Assembly: GCA_001244265.2 (NCBI GenBank)
Contig: CDLV01000008.1
Location: 992,001-1,056,000, forward strand
Direction of reading: 5' to 3'
Length of the DNA stretch: 64,000 nt
Source: Microbotryum violaceum
Taxonomy: Eukaryota
The position numbers and the translations under genes were made by a program. Below, piece by piece: positions 13,642-29,735 of the stretch (its first letter is position 1; each line of letters opens with the position of its first letter). The notes under the pieces are model-generated. The model ran no database searches and had not been told where the DNA came from. It saw only the letters and a list, made by a program, of their open reading frames with translations.

Positions 13642-16600
13642 ATGGGCTACTCACCACACCCCAGTATGCCGTCTTCCCCCACTGGAGGGCAAGGGCGACC
13701 GACTCGATTGGCGGTGTTGACTTCGGGTGGGGATTGTTCGGGAATGGTACGTGCGCTGTTCTGGAGTACTGGCAGTGGAACGGGGGAGGCTGATGCTTGT
13801 CTGTGTGTGTGTGTGTTTTGGGGAATAGAATGCGGCTGTTCGTGCGGTGGTCAAGATGGGCATCTCGAGGTTCGTGACAGTGGCAGTTTCGTTTCTCTAT
13901 CGCGTCAATTTGATCGTCATCGTATGCGTCTCCTTATCACCCGGGACGAGCGCGGATCGACCAAAGAGAGGAAAAGGAGCGGGAGATGGATGCAGCGCCG
14001 TTCAGACCAGAATGTACATCTCGGAATCACTCGACAGTTCTCCGGTTCGACGGTCGATGCATCAGATGAGATGATACGACGACCACGGTGTCAAGCTCCG
14101 CCAGCCGCTCTCCGCCTTCGCCTCGCCCCACTTGGCGAACACGAACCGTGGTCGGCCCACATCCCGCGCAGGGCAGAGGACAAAATCACTGACCTTTTCC
14201 GTGCTATTCTGATCGACCAGAGGCTGCGAAGTTTACGTCGTCCGAGAAGGATGGGAAGGACTCGTGCGAGGTAACGAGAATGAAGAACCGACCACGTCCC
14301 AGCTCACCACCTCGAACCTGATACCGTTCAACTCGACCAATGCGGCCGCGGCTTCGGCGAACGCACGACCTACGGAGAGGAAGCCGAGTCGAGAACGGGG
14401 AGGCTTTGTCGCGACCTATGGGGAGGGCGAGTTGTTGAAAGAAGGGGAGGGGGAACAAACGTTGAGAAATCGGTTCATCCTTAGGGTCAGTTCGGAGAGA
14501 GCGGGCTTACAGCTTTTGACAGTTTGGGCTCATCCGTTTGCCCCCCTACACACAGGTCGGTTGGGACGATGTTCGAGGATTCGCTTCCTTGGGAGGAACC
14601 TTGATCGGCACGGCTCGCTGCGCCGCCTTCAGGGAACTCGAAGGACGCCGGAAAGCGGCTTTCAACCTCGTCAAGCATGGCATCGACGCCCTCGTCGTAT
14701 GCGGTGGTGACGGGTCTTTGACCGGCGCGGATAGGTTGAGGGCCGAATGGCCGGATCATGTCCAGGCCTTATTGAAAAGTGGTGCGTGCTTTCACAGCGA
14801 GTCAGGTTCCGACGCTTGAACGAAAAGAAAACTGATGCAGCAAGTGTCACGTGCAGGTCAAATCACTCCCGAGCAATTCGAAGCGCATCAGCACCTCAAC
14901 ATCGTTGGTTTGGTCGGATCGATCGACAACGATATGGCTGGGACCGATATGACCATTGGTGGGTGCGGACTCTAGAACCCTCCTGGGTATTGAACGCCTC
15001 TGTTTGGCTTTGTTGCGAGCTCGGCTCATGCGGCACATCACAATGCGTGCTCTGCTCGGATCGTCCAAGCCCAGACCAAAACCAGGCTGGGGTATTCGCT
15101 ATTCGGGCGTGGATATTCAATGGCTTTGCACGAACGAACCAAACTGACGCCATGTTCTCCCCTCATGCCTCAGGCGCCACCACGGCTCTACACCGAATCT
15201 GTGAAGCCGTCGATAGCATCTCATCGACTGCGTCCTCCCACTCTCGAGCGTTCGTCGTTGAAGTCATGGGTCGAAATTGCGGATGGCTCGCCCTGATGGC
15301 CGCCATAGCCACCGGCGCGGACTACATGTTCATCCCCGAACGACCACCCACGGCTGAGGACTGGCAAACGTCCATGTGCACCGTCTTGGGTCGTCATCGC
15401 GCCGAAGGCAAACGCAAGACCATTATCATCGTCGCTGAAGGTGCTCATGATTGCAACCTCAAACCCATCTCGCCCGAGGAGATTAAGGATGTGTTGACGC
15501 AACGACTGGGCCTCGATACGCGAGTGACGACCTTGGGACACACGCAACGTGGTGGTGCGCCTGCGGCTTACGATCGTATCTTGGCGACGTTGCAAGGTGC
15601 CGAAGCTGTCGAAGCCGTCTTGGCGTCGACGGTCGACTCACCTTCCCCCGTCATTGGGATCCAAGAGAACAAGATCCAACGTCAACCTTTGATGGAAGCG
15701 GTGAAGAAGACCCAAGACGTCGCCAAGGCGATTGCGGACAAGGACTTTGCCCGCGCCTTGTCGTTGCGCGATCCCGAGTTCGAGGACTGCTTGCACGCTT
15801 TCCGCGCGACGACGAGGTTGAACGAGACGTGCCGAGTACCGGAGAAGCAGAAAATGAGGATCGCCATCATCCACACGGGTGCACCGGCGGGTGGGATGAA
15901 CGCCGCGACGAGGACAGCCGTACGATACTGTTTGTGCCATGGTCATACCCCTCTGGCGATCTACAACGGTTTCGTCGGTCTCTTGCACGGCAACGTCGCG
16001 GAATTGAGTTGGTTGCGCGTCGATCAGTGGTCCACCCGAGGCGGGTCCGAACTCGGAACGAATCGAGTCCTCCCCGACACGGACCTCGCGGGGGTGGCAG
16101 CCAAGTTGGCCGAATACAAGATCGACGGTTTGCTCATCGTCGGTGGCTTCGAAGCAATGGTATCCCTCGAGCAACTCGAAAAGGGACGCAAAGATCATGC
16201 CGCCCTTCGTATCCCCTTGATTCATCTCCCCGCGACGATCTCGAACAATGTTCCCATTACGGAATGGTCCGTCGGCTCGGACACGAGTATCAACGTCCTT
16301 GTCGAGGCTTGCGATTCGATCAAACAATCCGCTTCGGCTTCGAGGAACCGCGTGTTCGTCGTCGAGACACAAGGCGCTGGATGTGGGTACATCGCCATGT
16401 TGGGTGCTTTGGCAACCGGCGCGAACCTCGTCTACACACCCGAGAACGGTATCTCGTTGGGCATGCTCCAACGCGACGTCGAGTTCCTCAAGAAACGTTA
16501 TTCGCAAGACGTCGCCGGTAAATCCGAAGGCCGTCTCATCATTCTTTCTGAAAAAGCTTCCAAGACGTACACCACCCAAGTCGTGACCAACATCTTTGCC

Positions 16601-17014
16601 GAAGAAGGCAAAGACTCGTTCGATGCTCGTTCGGTCGCTCTAGGGCACACGCTCCAAGGTGGGGTCCCTTCACCTCGTGATCGAACGCGCGCTATCCGTC
16701 TTACGGTCAAATGCATCGATTTCCTTGAGAAACACCATAATCAGAAATTACAAAACCTCGCTCCGGATCCTCAAGACCCAGACGCAGCGACGATCGTGAT
16801 CGAAGGCGCTTCGATCCGCTTCGCTTCGTTGGAGGAAATGGTCCAAGCCGCGGATTTCAAGAATCGAAGAGGAAAGGTGCAGTGGTGGACGAGCGCGAAA
16901 GAGTTGGTTGAGACAATGGCGGGTAAGAAAGTGCCGAGTGAGGAGCTCAAGACACCTCTGACAAGCCCGAGGACGGAGAAGAAGGATCCGAATGAGCGCT
17001 TCTCGAGGTTGTGA
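13642..17014 (+). CDS. PFK: ATP-dependent 6-phosphofructokinase (eukaryotic duplicated-domain type), multi-exon
   Basis: [96 protein letters not shown]. Confidence 0.97.
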
Positions 17015-17265
17015 GACGGGTGTGGGTCTTGTGGGTCTTTTTCTTGCTTGCGAGAATGGTTTGTTTGGACGTTAGATCTCTGGTTATTTGTGTGTGCATT
17101 CGTCTCGATTTATTCTTCTATATAGCGCATCGGTTCAAATGCAAGTCATAATTCACCAACAGACCGGGCCATGTCGCAGACGAATAAAGCTCGACATTGC
17201 AAAAAAAAAAAAAAGCACCAGGGAAAAGCCACTCTTAACAAAACCCCTCCTTATCGGCCCCTTGT

Positions 17266-20175
17266 TCAAATCAACTTGTTCTCCAACCTCCTCTCATCCT
17301 TGAGCGCCTTCAACATCTGGCACACCTTATCAAACACAATCACCTCGGTCTTACCCTTGACACCGACATCATCGCGATTCCTAACGTTGACCGAACTCGA
17401 CTCGACCTCTTCGGACCCGACGACAAAGATAAAGTTGTACTGCGCGATTTCACCATTCCTAACCTTCTTGGGCAATGTCGCGTCCGTCAAGTCCGCGTCG
17501 GCGAAGAAACCCATCCCCCACAATTGGGCTTGCAGTTTGGAAGCGTACTCCTTATGAGGTTGCGCGACGGGGATGATCAAGACTTGACGAGGCGAGATCC
17601 AGAACGGCCATTTACCCGCGAAATGTTCGGTCAAAATCGCGACGAACCTTTCGACCGAACCTAAAATCGCACGATGGATCATTACCGGTCGAGCCATCTT
17701 CTTGTCCTTGTCGGCTTCGCCACCTCCTTCAGCGGAACGGTATTGCAGATCGAACCTTTGGGGGAGTTGGTAATCGAGTTGAATGGTCGCGCATTGGTGT
17801 TTACGCTTGAGCGCATCTTGGATCGTAATGTCGATCTTGGGGCCGTAGAAAGCACCATCTCCAGGATCGACGGTCCATTTCCCGGGGACGAACTTGTCCA
17901 ATGAGGCGGACAACATACGTTCGGCTTCGTCCCACGTCTCGATCTTGCCGAGGAAGTTCTCGGGACGGGTCGAGAGCTTGAGATTAAATTGGAAACCAAA
18001 AGTGCCGTAAACGTGGTTGAGGAAATCAAAGCAGACGTCCATCTCTTGTTCGATCTACGACATGAAGGAATGAGCTCTCGCTGTTTTGCTTTTGGCAACG
18101 TCTCTCGAACCCTTTTCATCCACTCACTTGATCGGCCATACAGAAATGATGGGCATCATCCTGTTGGAACCTCCTGACCCTGGTCAAACCTGTCAAAGCG
18201 CCACTCGCCTCGTTCCTGTGCAAGACTCCGAAATCGGCCATCCTGATCGGCAACTCGCGGTACGATCGATCCCTCGAAGCGAAGATCAAGCAATGTCCCG
18301 GGCAGTTCATCGGCTTGAGCGCGAATTGTTCCTTCTCGACTTCGAGCTTGAACATGTCGTCGGCGTAATTGGCCCAATGACCCGAGGTTTCCCACAGCTT
18401 GGCGTTGTACATGTTGGGCGAGATGACTTCCTGGAAGTTGCGTTTCCGGTACTCGGAGCGCATGAAATCGACCAAGGTGTTGTAGATCCTCGTACCGTGG
18501 GGTAACCAAAACGCCGTACCGGGGGACAACTCGTGGAAGAAGAAGAGTTCCTGGTCCTTACCGATCCGTCGATGATCGCGCTTGGCCGCTTCTTCGAGGA
18601 ATTTCTTGTGTTCGGTCATTTGCTTGGTATCGGGAAACGAGATGCCGTACACGCGTTGCAAGGACGCGTTATCCTTGTTGCCGAGGAAGTAAGATGCCGA
18701 GTTCTTGAGGATCGCCAAGGCCTTGACCTTGCCCGTGTGCGGGATGTGCGGCCCTCTGCACAAGTCGACCATGGTGCCGCAGCGGTAGACCGAGGTCGAG
18801 GTACCGTCGGGGATCTTGTCCTTGATGATGTGCACCTTGAAGGGATTGTACTGTTACAGAGAAGACCAGTCAGTGTAAGCTCTTTCTCAAACAAGGGGGT
18901 CACGATCTTGACGTACGGCGAACATCTCCAACAATTGCTCCTTGGTCAACTCGAGGCGTTCAAACTTTTGCTTCTCCTTGACGACGGTTTTGGCGAGCGT
19001 CTCCAGAGGCGTATAGTCGGCCGAGGTGACGATCCTAGTACAAGTGAACAAGCTGCTCAGTCATCTCGAGGTGAAATGGTCTGAGAATGGCGTTGTTGCG
19101 CACCTGTCCGAGTTCATGCCCATTTCGTAAAAGAAGCCTTCGTCCGTGGGGGGACCGACGGCGAGATGGGCACCGTAGTGCCTTTCGCAGCATTCTCCCA
19201 AGATGTGGGCTGACGAGTGCCACCATACCTTCTTGCCTATGGGTTCAGAGGTGAGCTGATGAGCTGGGTTCACTGTGGCGGGGGCGCGTAGAATGAGATG
19301 GGCGTACCTTCGGGATGGTCAAAGTCCAAGAGTTCGAGGGACGAGTCCTTTTCAAAGGGGCGGTCCATATCCCAAAGATCTCCATTGACCTGAAGCGAAG
19401 TAGACTGAAGGCATATCAGAGGTGTAAAAATGAATCCTGATTCTGACTCCCCGATCTCACCTTTGCGATGACGGTCTTTTCGGCGAGCCCCTTGCTGATG
19501 CCGAGGGCGATCTGCATCGGGGACGTCTCCCAACTGGTACCTCCCTTGACGCCTCCATCGGGTAAAGTGATCTTGATCGGTTCCCGAGGGAGGGCTGTAG
19601 AAGAGAGTACACCAAACAGGGGTCCGATCCGTTCAGCTGATTTTTCCCCCCAAGCTCGTCCCCCCACCCCTGGCTGTCTGCACACTCCACTCACCAGCAA
19701 TCTTCTCGTGCTGCTCCTTCTGGATCCTCTCAAACATCTCGATACGAGACTGGATGAAGGCAGGTTGTGGGTTCAACTCGAGCGCACTGACGCCGGCGGT
19801 CATCCCGGCCACGGCGCCATCCTTTTTGGGTTTCTTCTCCTTGGAAGCTCTGGGAGCTTTGGGAGCGCCGATCGGCTTGTCACCACCTGCTGATGGAGCT
19901 GGCGGTGAAGGTGCGGGTGCGGGTGCGGGTGCGGGTGCGGGTGCGGGTGCGGGTGCGGAGGAAGAAGCATCGGAAGGGACAGCAGCGGGTGCGGGTTCGG
20001 GCTCGGCGGTCGACGAGACGGGATGAGGAGCGGACGAGGCCATGTTGGAACACGCTCGTCGAAGCGGCTGGGACAGGTAAGGCTGAGCTGCTGCAGGTGG
20101 TGCGTACGCAGTGACAATGACGGTGAGGGGTAGTTGGAGAAAAGAAGCTCTAGATCGTAAGAGCAAGCGTTGCAT
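17266..20175 (-). CDS. THS1: Threonyl-tRNA synthetase; long form from ATG 20175, shorter form from ATG 20043
   Basis: TGS domain (ITLPDG...WETSPMQIA), [67 protein letters not shown]. Confidence 0.97.
19910..19957. repeat. Hexamer (GGTGCG) x8 encoding (Ala-Pro)n in the ThrRS N-terminal extension
   Basis: Direct reading; translates to APAPAPAP on the - strand. Confidence 0.9.
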
Positions 20176-20592
20176 TCACCGGTCCGAGCGGCGCCAGAGG
20201 TGTATTGAGCCAAGGCGACGAGTGCGAGCGAGTCCAAGTCAAAAAAGAGGGGGGGAGGGGCGAAGGGAACGCGGGCCGCCGGGAAAAAGGCCATCAACCG
20301 CCCCACTCGCACGGACCGCCAAGCCTAACTTAGTTACATATGGCCGGCTCGGCGAACTTTCGAGTCAAGAATTGGCCCCATCTTTTTTTAGGACTCTCGA
20401 GTCAGAACCTCGGCAGCTTCCAAAGTGGACAATAGCTACATGCACCAGTCAGTCGCCAAAATAACACCAGCAGCCGCGAGACCGCCACACTACCGCCACC
20501 GTGTGGTTCGATTGACGTCAACGCGGTGCCCGGGCCCGCTTGAAGCTCCCGCACCGATTTCACGCTCCCCACCCTTGTCCTCGACACGGGCG

Positions 20593-22267
20593 ATGACCAC
20601 CAAGTCCCCCCGCTCGGAGTCCGCCTCCACCTCCCCACCTCCGCTCTCCAAATACCTGACCTCCCTCTTTGATCATCTCGAAACCACCAACTCACGCCTA
20701 TCACTCTCCGTTGCCAAACCACCACACGGGCTCTTCAAACCAGGCGATACACTGCATCCTGTCGTCACTCTCCACAAAGGGTCTACGGAATACACCTCGC
20801 TTCAACTGAGTCTGGTTGTTAGTACGCATGCGTTGATCTATGGCAAGGATCGATGGGTCAGCTCCTCAGCGCCGGATTTGCCCGTGGCTTGTTGAGCCCC
20901 ACTTCGACTGACCGATCACTTGGAATCCAGCAAAAAGGTCAAATGGCCTCAGCCATGCTAGGCAACGCCACAACCGGTGCCCCCATCACCACGATCGAAC
21001 AAGTACCCGTCTACACCGTCCAAGTACCGTGGATAAGTCCCAACAACGTCGGCGCAGCAGCACCGCCAGCATCGGAGAAGGAACAGAAACGTTCTCTCGC
21101 GTCAAAGGCAGGCTCTGATGGGCCATTACATGTTGGCATGTACGAGATCATCCTCCCACATCCTCGACCCGGGGAATTGCTTCCGACGATGAGGAGGAAA
21201 GACGAAGGGCTTTGTGAGTCCTACAGTCACCGGCAGGGAGGTTCCCTATCGCTTACCGAGGAATCTTTCGGCTTGCGTCTGGCGCGCAGCTGTCCCCAAC
21301 AGACTCGGCGTTTCTTGGGCCCTTCATCTTCGTGGAAAGAAACATGGATTTCTCAAACTGGATGATCAGTCAGTCCACTGAACCTCCGACTTCGCGACGT
21401 GCCTTGTCCCCTGGAGCGTAGCGAGGAAAACTCATCCCCTCCCTGATCCCTACTCCACAGCCTTCAGATCGAGCTCCCGGTCGGCTTCCCCATAGTTCCG
21501 CCCATACCTGAAGATTTGCCTGAATCAGATTGGGTCACCGCCATAGCTTCCAAAGACCTCCTGCACAAAGGGACCCAAGGCGGAGGAGCGATCACATTGC
21601 ATGCCAAAGTGAGCTCTCATCTTCCGGACCACTCCTCAAGGTGATCTCTCTGAACCGGCTCCTGTTATCGACAGCTCTCAATCCAGCCGCCTTTGCGAAT
21701 CACTACCAGCATTACCTTTCACCTTACATGTTCCCCCTCCGACCCTTCAACCCTTTCCCTCTTCTCCCCCTCCCCCCGCCTCAGTCTAACCCTGAACCAA
21801 CGAGCCTTTACCCAGCCCGTACTGGACAAAAATCTAGGCCAAGCTATGCAGTGGTCTGGGATAGTCATCTCCGCCTCGAAGGAGGTTCCTCAATTCGTGG
21901 AACCTGACAAGGGGCGAGGGATATGGGACTGGAGAGGAAAAGTCGATGTTCCCGAGGATTGTGTGACGGTCGAAGCGAAAGGTTTGAATGTCAACGTGGG
22001 TCACATCGAGCCGTGTTCAGCGAGGGTGATGATTTTTTGAGTACTGAAGGGTTGCGCCGTTTCCCACAGTATTTCATCACGGCTCAGTTCACGTCGGATC
22101 GGATCGTGGACCACTCCCTTTCCGTTACTGTACCCGTCTTCTTACCTTCTTTCCCAGGGGCCCTCACGTTAGAAGAAGTGCATGGCAACGGCGATATGGC
22201 ACAGCTTGGTACAAGTGGATCAACGACCTCGAACGGACAAGAGAACTTGCCGAGATATACCACTTGA
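20593..22267 (+). CDS. Hypothetical multi-exon protein, possibly arrestin-like with a C-terminal LPxY motif
   Basis: MTTKSPRSES...FKPGDTLHPVVTL...SLQLSL, ELLPT, VSWALHLRGKKHGFLKLDD, YFITAQF...VTVPVFLPS, ends ENLPRYTT*. GT-AG introns link the exons. Confidence 0.6.
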
Positions 22268-22340
22268 CCAATCCTCTCTCATACTTCTGTCCTGTGCTGT
22301 AGAACCAAAGTTGCACTCCATACGACCTCTCACGAGCCCG

Positions 22341-23995
<1,655 letters not shown>

Positions 23996-24549
23996 AATTC
24001 GAGAAAATCCGGGCTTGCGAGCGGATTGAGAGGTGATGGGAAGGCGTACGCGGCGTGTGGTGAAGGGAGTGACTTGGCGAGCTCTGAAGCCGATGTCGGT
24101 CCCCTGCGAAGCCCGGCCAAAGGAAACGCGGGTGAATTAGGCATTACGAATTGCCGCCCCGCGCCCAAGCTGCCAACCTAACGAACCCGCCAGCGCGCTA
24201 GTACCAACTTGCCAGGCCGGCGAGCCACACCGCGCGGGCGGGTTGGTGCCCGGTTTGTGCCCGTACTAATCACCCGTTTGTTTGCACAGATCAACCGTTC
24301 GTGTGAGAGAGCTCGATAACGACCACAACTCAAAAGGTCGTGTATCCGATCACTGACTTCCTTCCCGTTCTCACTCCCTACGCTTACTCGCCGAACCCGC
24401 CTCTTCGCACCACCGCCGTCGTTCACTCACTCGCCTCGCCTGCGCGCCTCCGTCGTCTCGAAAAAAACCGCGGCGCGGGTCTACGACCACTCACCCCGAC
24501 CACCTACCTTCCTCTTGCGCTGCCGCCCACGCTGAACCGAACAGTCACC

Positions 24550-25677
24550 ATGGTCCAACGCGTCACTCTCCGAACGAGGAAATCGTACAACACCAAATCC
24601 AACGGCAAGAGGATCGTAAAGACCCCCGGTAAGGACTCTAGATCTACACCCACACCCTCACCCTCACCCACACCGACACCCACACACACTCTAGGCTTTG
24701 GTCCGCATCGGGGCGATTTCCAGGCGCGCGGCCGGCTCGCAGGGACCAGGACGCACCTTTTCGCCCCGAGGCTGCTGGCGGGCGTGGCACCTCATGACCC
24801 AAAACGGATGCTGGGAGTGGTTGGGGACGAATCTGATGGATACCTGTGGACTGCATTTGCATGGACCGGCTACGTTGGGGAGGGGGAATAGCGGGCTTCG
24901 CAGGGAGGGCAACGCAGGGGCGTAGGACCAGTGCTCTCGGCGGATTCGCTGGCTAGGCCTGGGCCTGGATGGAGGGTTGCGAGGCTTGGCTTGGCGGAGC
25001 GTGGGCCTCGGGCGGAGAGGTGGAATAATGCAAGCTTGCTCAGGATGAGCGGAGGGTAGTTGGATGCAGGAGAACGTATGGGATCGATGGGATGGGATCA
25101 CAGAGATGAAGGATGAGAGTTGTACCGCACTCGCCACCCAGCCCTCCAGCCTCGACTCTTGCGCGTCGGATCGCTCTCAACACATCGCGTCGCCCCGTTC
25201 AACGCCAAAACGATCGATTTCACTGACACTTTCTTGCGATTCCTTTTGATTCAGGTGGATCGCTGCGCTACTTGACCGTCAAGAAGGCCGCCTCCGCCCC
25301 CAAATGCGGTGACTGCAAGATCGCCCTCCCCGGTGTATGCTCCCTCATCTAACCCGTCTTCACACAACTCACCACGCATACTCACCCTGCTCTACTGTCC
25401 TTCAGATCCCGGCATTGCGCCCCCGCCAATACGCTCAAATTTCGAAGCGCCAAAAGACCGTTCAACGCGCCTACGGCGGCTCGCGATGCGCCAAATGCGT
25501 CAGGGACCGGATCGTCCGATCGTTCCTGGTTGAGGAGGCGAAGATCGTCAAGAAGGTAAGGAACACACCACAGGCATAGGTCGTCGACACAAATGGAGCG
25601 CGTCAACTGATTGTTTCGATTTGATCCGGGCGTCTTTATAGGTACTCAAGTCGCAGACTCAGGGCGGCAAGAAGTAA
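24550..25677 (+). CDS. RPL34: 60S ribosomal protein L34 (eL34), 4 exons
   Basis: [18 protein letters not shown]...KTPG|GSLRYL...PKCGDC...[61 protein letters not shown]. Confidence 0.97.
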
Positions 25678-26039
25678 ACGGTGGGGAGAGGGAGTGCATA
25701 TTCTCTCGCTTGAGTTGTTGGGTAGATGATGGAGTTTGTGGTTGACGAAAAAGCTCGAGGGCCCACGTGCCATTCCACAATCTCTCTGGGCCTGGTAGTG
25801 TTCGCTGTCGTGCACTCGATCGCTCGTGTTGCTTCACGGGCGTTATGTCGTTTTCTCTCCTTGTTTCAGCAATGAGAAGGATGACGACTCGGTGATTGGG
25901 TGGGGCCGAAGGGACTCTGAAAGCTCGGGGAGAGAGAAAAAAGAAGTATTGCACTTTCGGATCAAGGCGGGTCATTCCAGCCCGGCATCTCACACCTCCC
26001 ACCTAAAATAACACCACCTCTTCTACTAATCGACCAACC

Positions 26040-26945
26040 TTTGCCTCGGCACCCTCTCTTCGTCCTAACCCCCCGATCACGTCGACTTGAGAGTCTCATC
26101 AAATTCGCCAACCCCGACAGGACTCTTGGGCTCACGGTGCCCCAAGGTGATGTCCGAACGGTGGCGCTGGTGCTTCTCGATAGCAGGCGCGTTCGCAAGA
26201 GCGGTAGCTGAAACACAGTGTAAGGGAAGAAGGTGTAAGCGATGGGATGCTGGCGGAGCCGTCTTTGCTTGCCTCCACACAAGGAGGGTCGTAATTGTCC
26301 CCGGAAAGGAGCTTCCGAGAAAGGACGTGCGGGTTTCCTAGTAGGTCGTAGCAATCGATCACGCATTGACATCAGAGAGTTGGAGAGCATCAAAGACGGA
26401 TTTTTTACCGTTCATTTTCTGCTGAAAGTTGACACCGGAACGTACGCGCTTTTTTGGCTGACTCGGTGAGGGCCTCGGACGTAGGGACTCCATCTCGTAA
26501 ACGGGAGGGAAAGGTTGGGTCGAATTCTTGGGAATGCTCGGTTCGGTGGGACCAGGTCTGAGGGGGTATGCAGAGAGATTTTATATGAGAAGAGCGCAAG
26601 TTGACATCCGGGATAGTGGTTTAGGACTGACCTTCCAATAGTGAGACCGTTCGTCAGGCCGACGTTCAAGACGGTAGTATCATAGTGGCGACGAGGTAAG
26701 GAGGGCCGCGGGAAATCGCATACTGAAGGACAACACGTGTTACAGAAGGTGCGAGGGAGAAGAATAACAAAAGAAGGAGCAGCCGCGTTCATAAAACGCA
26801 GTATCGTTTCCTCTTTTGTTCAACAGGTAATCCGACTCCGAGTCCGACTCCCTCCGACGAGCTCGGCCCCGGCGAGTTTTTAGTGCAGTCATTCCCCTTT
26901 GAGTGATCCGCATTCGATGCTGGAGGGGTTTTATTTTATATTTCT
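26040..26945 (+). ncRNA. Candidate large structured non-coding RNA (possible telomerase RNA); boundaries approximate
   Basis: No credible ORF; many nested helices found by eye, several using G.U pairs only on the + strand; 5'/3' closing helix 26044-26053/26748-26756; CCTAACCC at 26064-26071. Confidence 0.45.
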
Positions 26946-27362
26946 GATTAACCCGAATATTTCTCGCCCCTGGGTCGGCACATCCTCCACGATCCATCAC
27001 GCAGATCGGACGAGCTATGTCATTCTCTCGCGCCTCAACCCGCGCTCGGCCTTCGAGGGTTCCGCATCGATGAGGAGTGAGCGGACCGTGGATGACTCAG
27101 CGGTCAACAAATCAGAGAAAAGGATTGCGTCCGTTTCTTAGTAGATAAGATCTATTTCCCCCCGCCCCCACCTCCTATTGCCTAATTGCGCTTGAAGACC
27201 CTTGGCCTTTTTTTTTTTTTTTTTTTTTCGCCTAGCCGACGGAGGAGGTCCGTGCGAGTCCCGACAGCTCCCGTTCGCTTCCGCGGGCTGCCGTCGTCGC
27301 CGCTCCCCCGCTCGCGCCCCTCTCTTTACGCACTGACTCGGAGCCGCGACTCTATCTCAATC

Positions 27363-29412
<2,050 letters not shown>

Positions 29413-29735
29413 GCGAGCCGGAAACTTCGTCCTGGCACTCTGCTTGTAATCCCATCAGTGCTTCTTGTCTTCTCATTTCGGTTCGGAGAAAGAGCGCCGG
29501 CGTTGCCTGTCTTTTTTTTGCGTGGGGTTTCAGCTTGGCCGAAGCCGAAGCGGTGTGCCGGCCTTGGCGACCGAGCGGCTGCCTCGGCTGCACGGGGAAT
29601 TTTCCCACTTGAATATCCCGCGGGGATTGTTCGGTCGTCCTTGAGCGGACCGGCATTCTCTCTTGTGTCGTTTCCTCCCGCATTGCTTCCACCTTCCAAC
29701 CCACCAGACCCATAGACGAGCAAGTGTCGTACACC

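Noticed and set aside
15638-16579. 313-aa ORF antisense to PFK (similar shadows over THS1, KRR1, APE2, GAL10)
   Set aside because: Antisense shadows expected from GC-rich codon usage; no motifs of their own.
26297-26312. GTCCCCGGAAAGGAGC as RNase MRP CR-I or SRP helix 8
   Set aside because: No GAAA before GTCCCC, no downstream GGGGCTCA partner and no CAGG/AGCAG loop; insufficient for either family.
26824-26833. CAGGTAATCC as reverse-strand U1 5' end or a TER 3' cleavage splice site
   Set aside because: Does not match ATACTTACCTG, and no convincing Sm site lies directly upstream.
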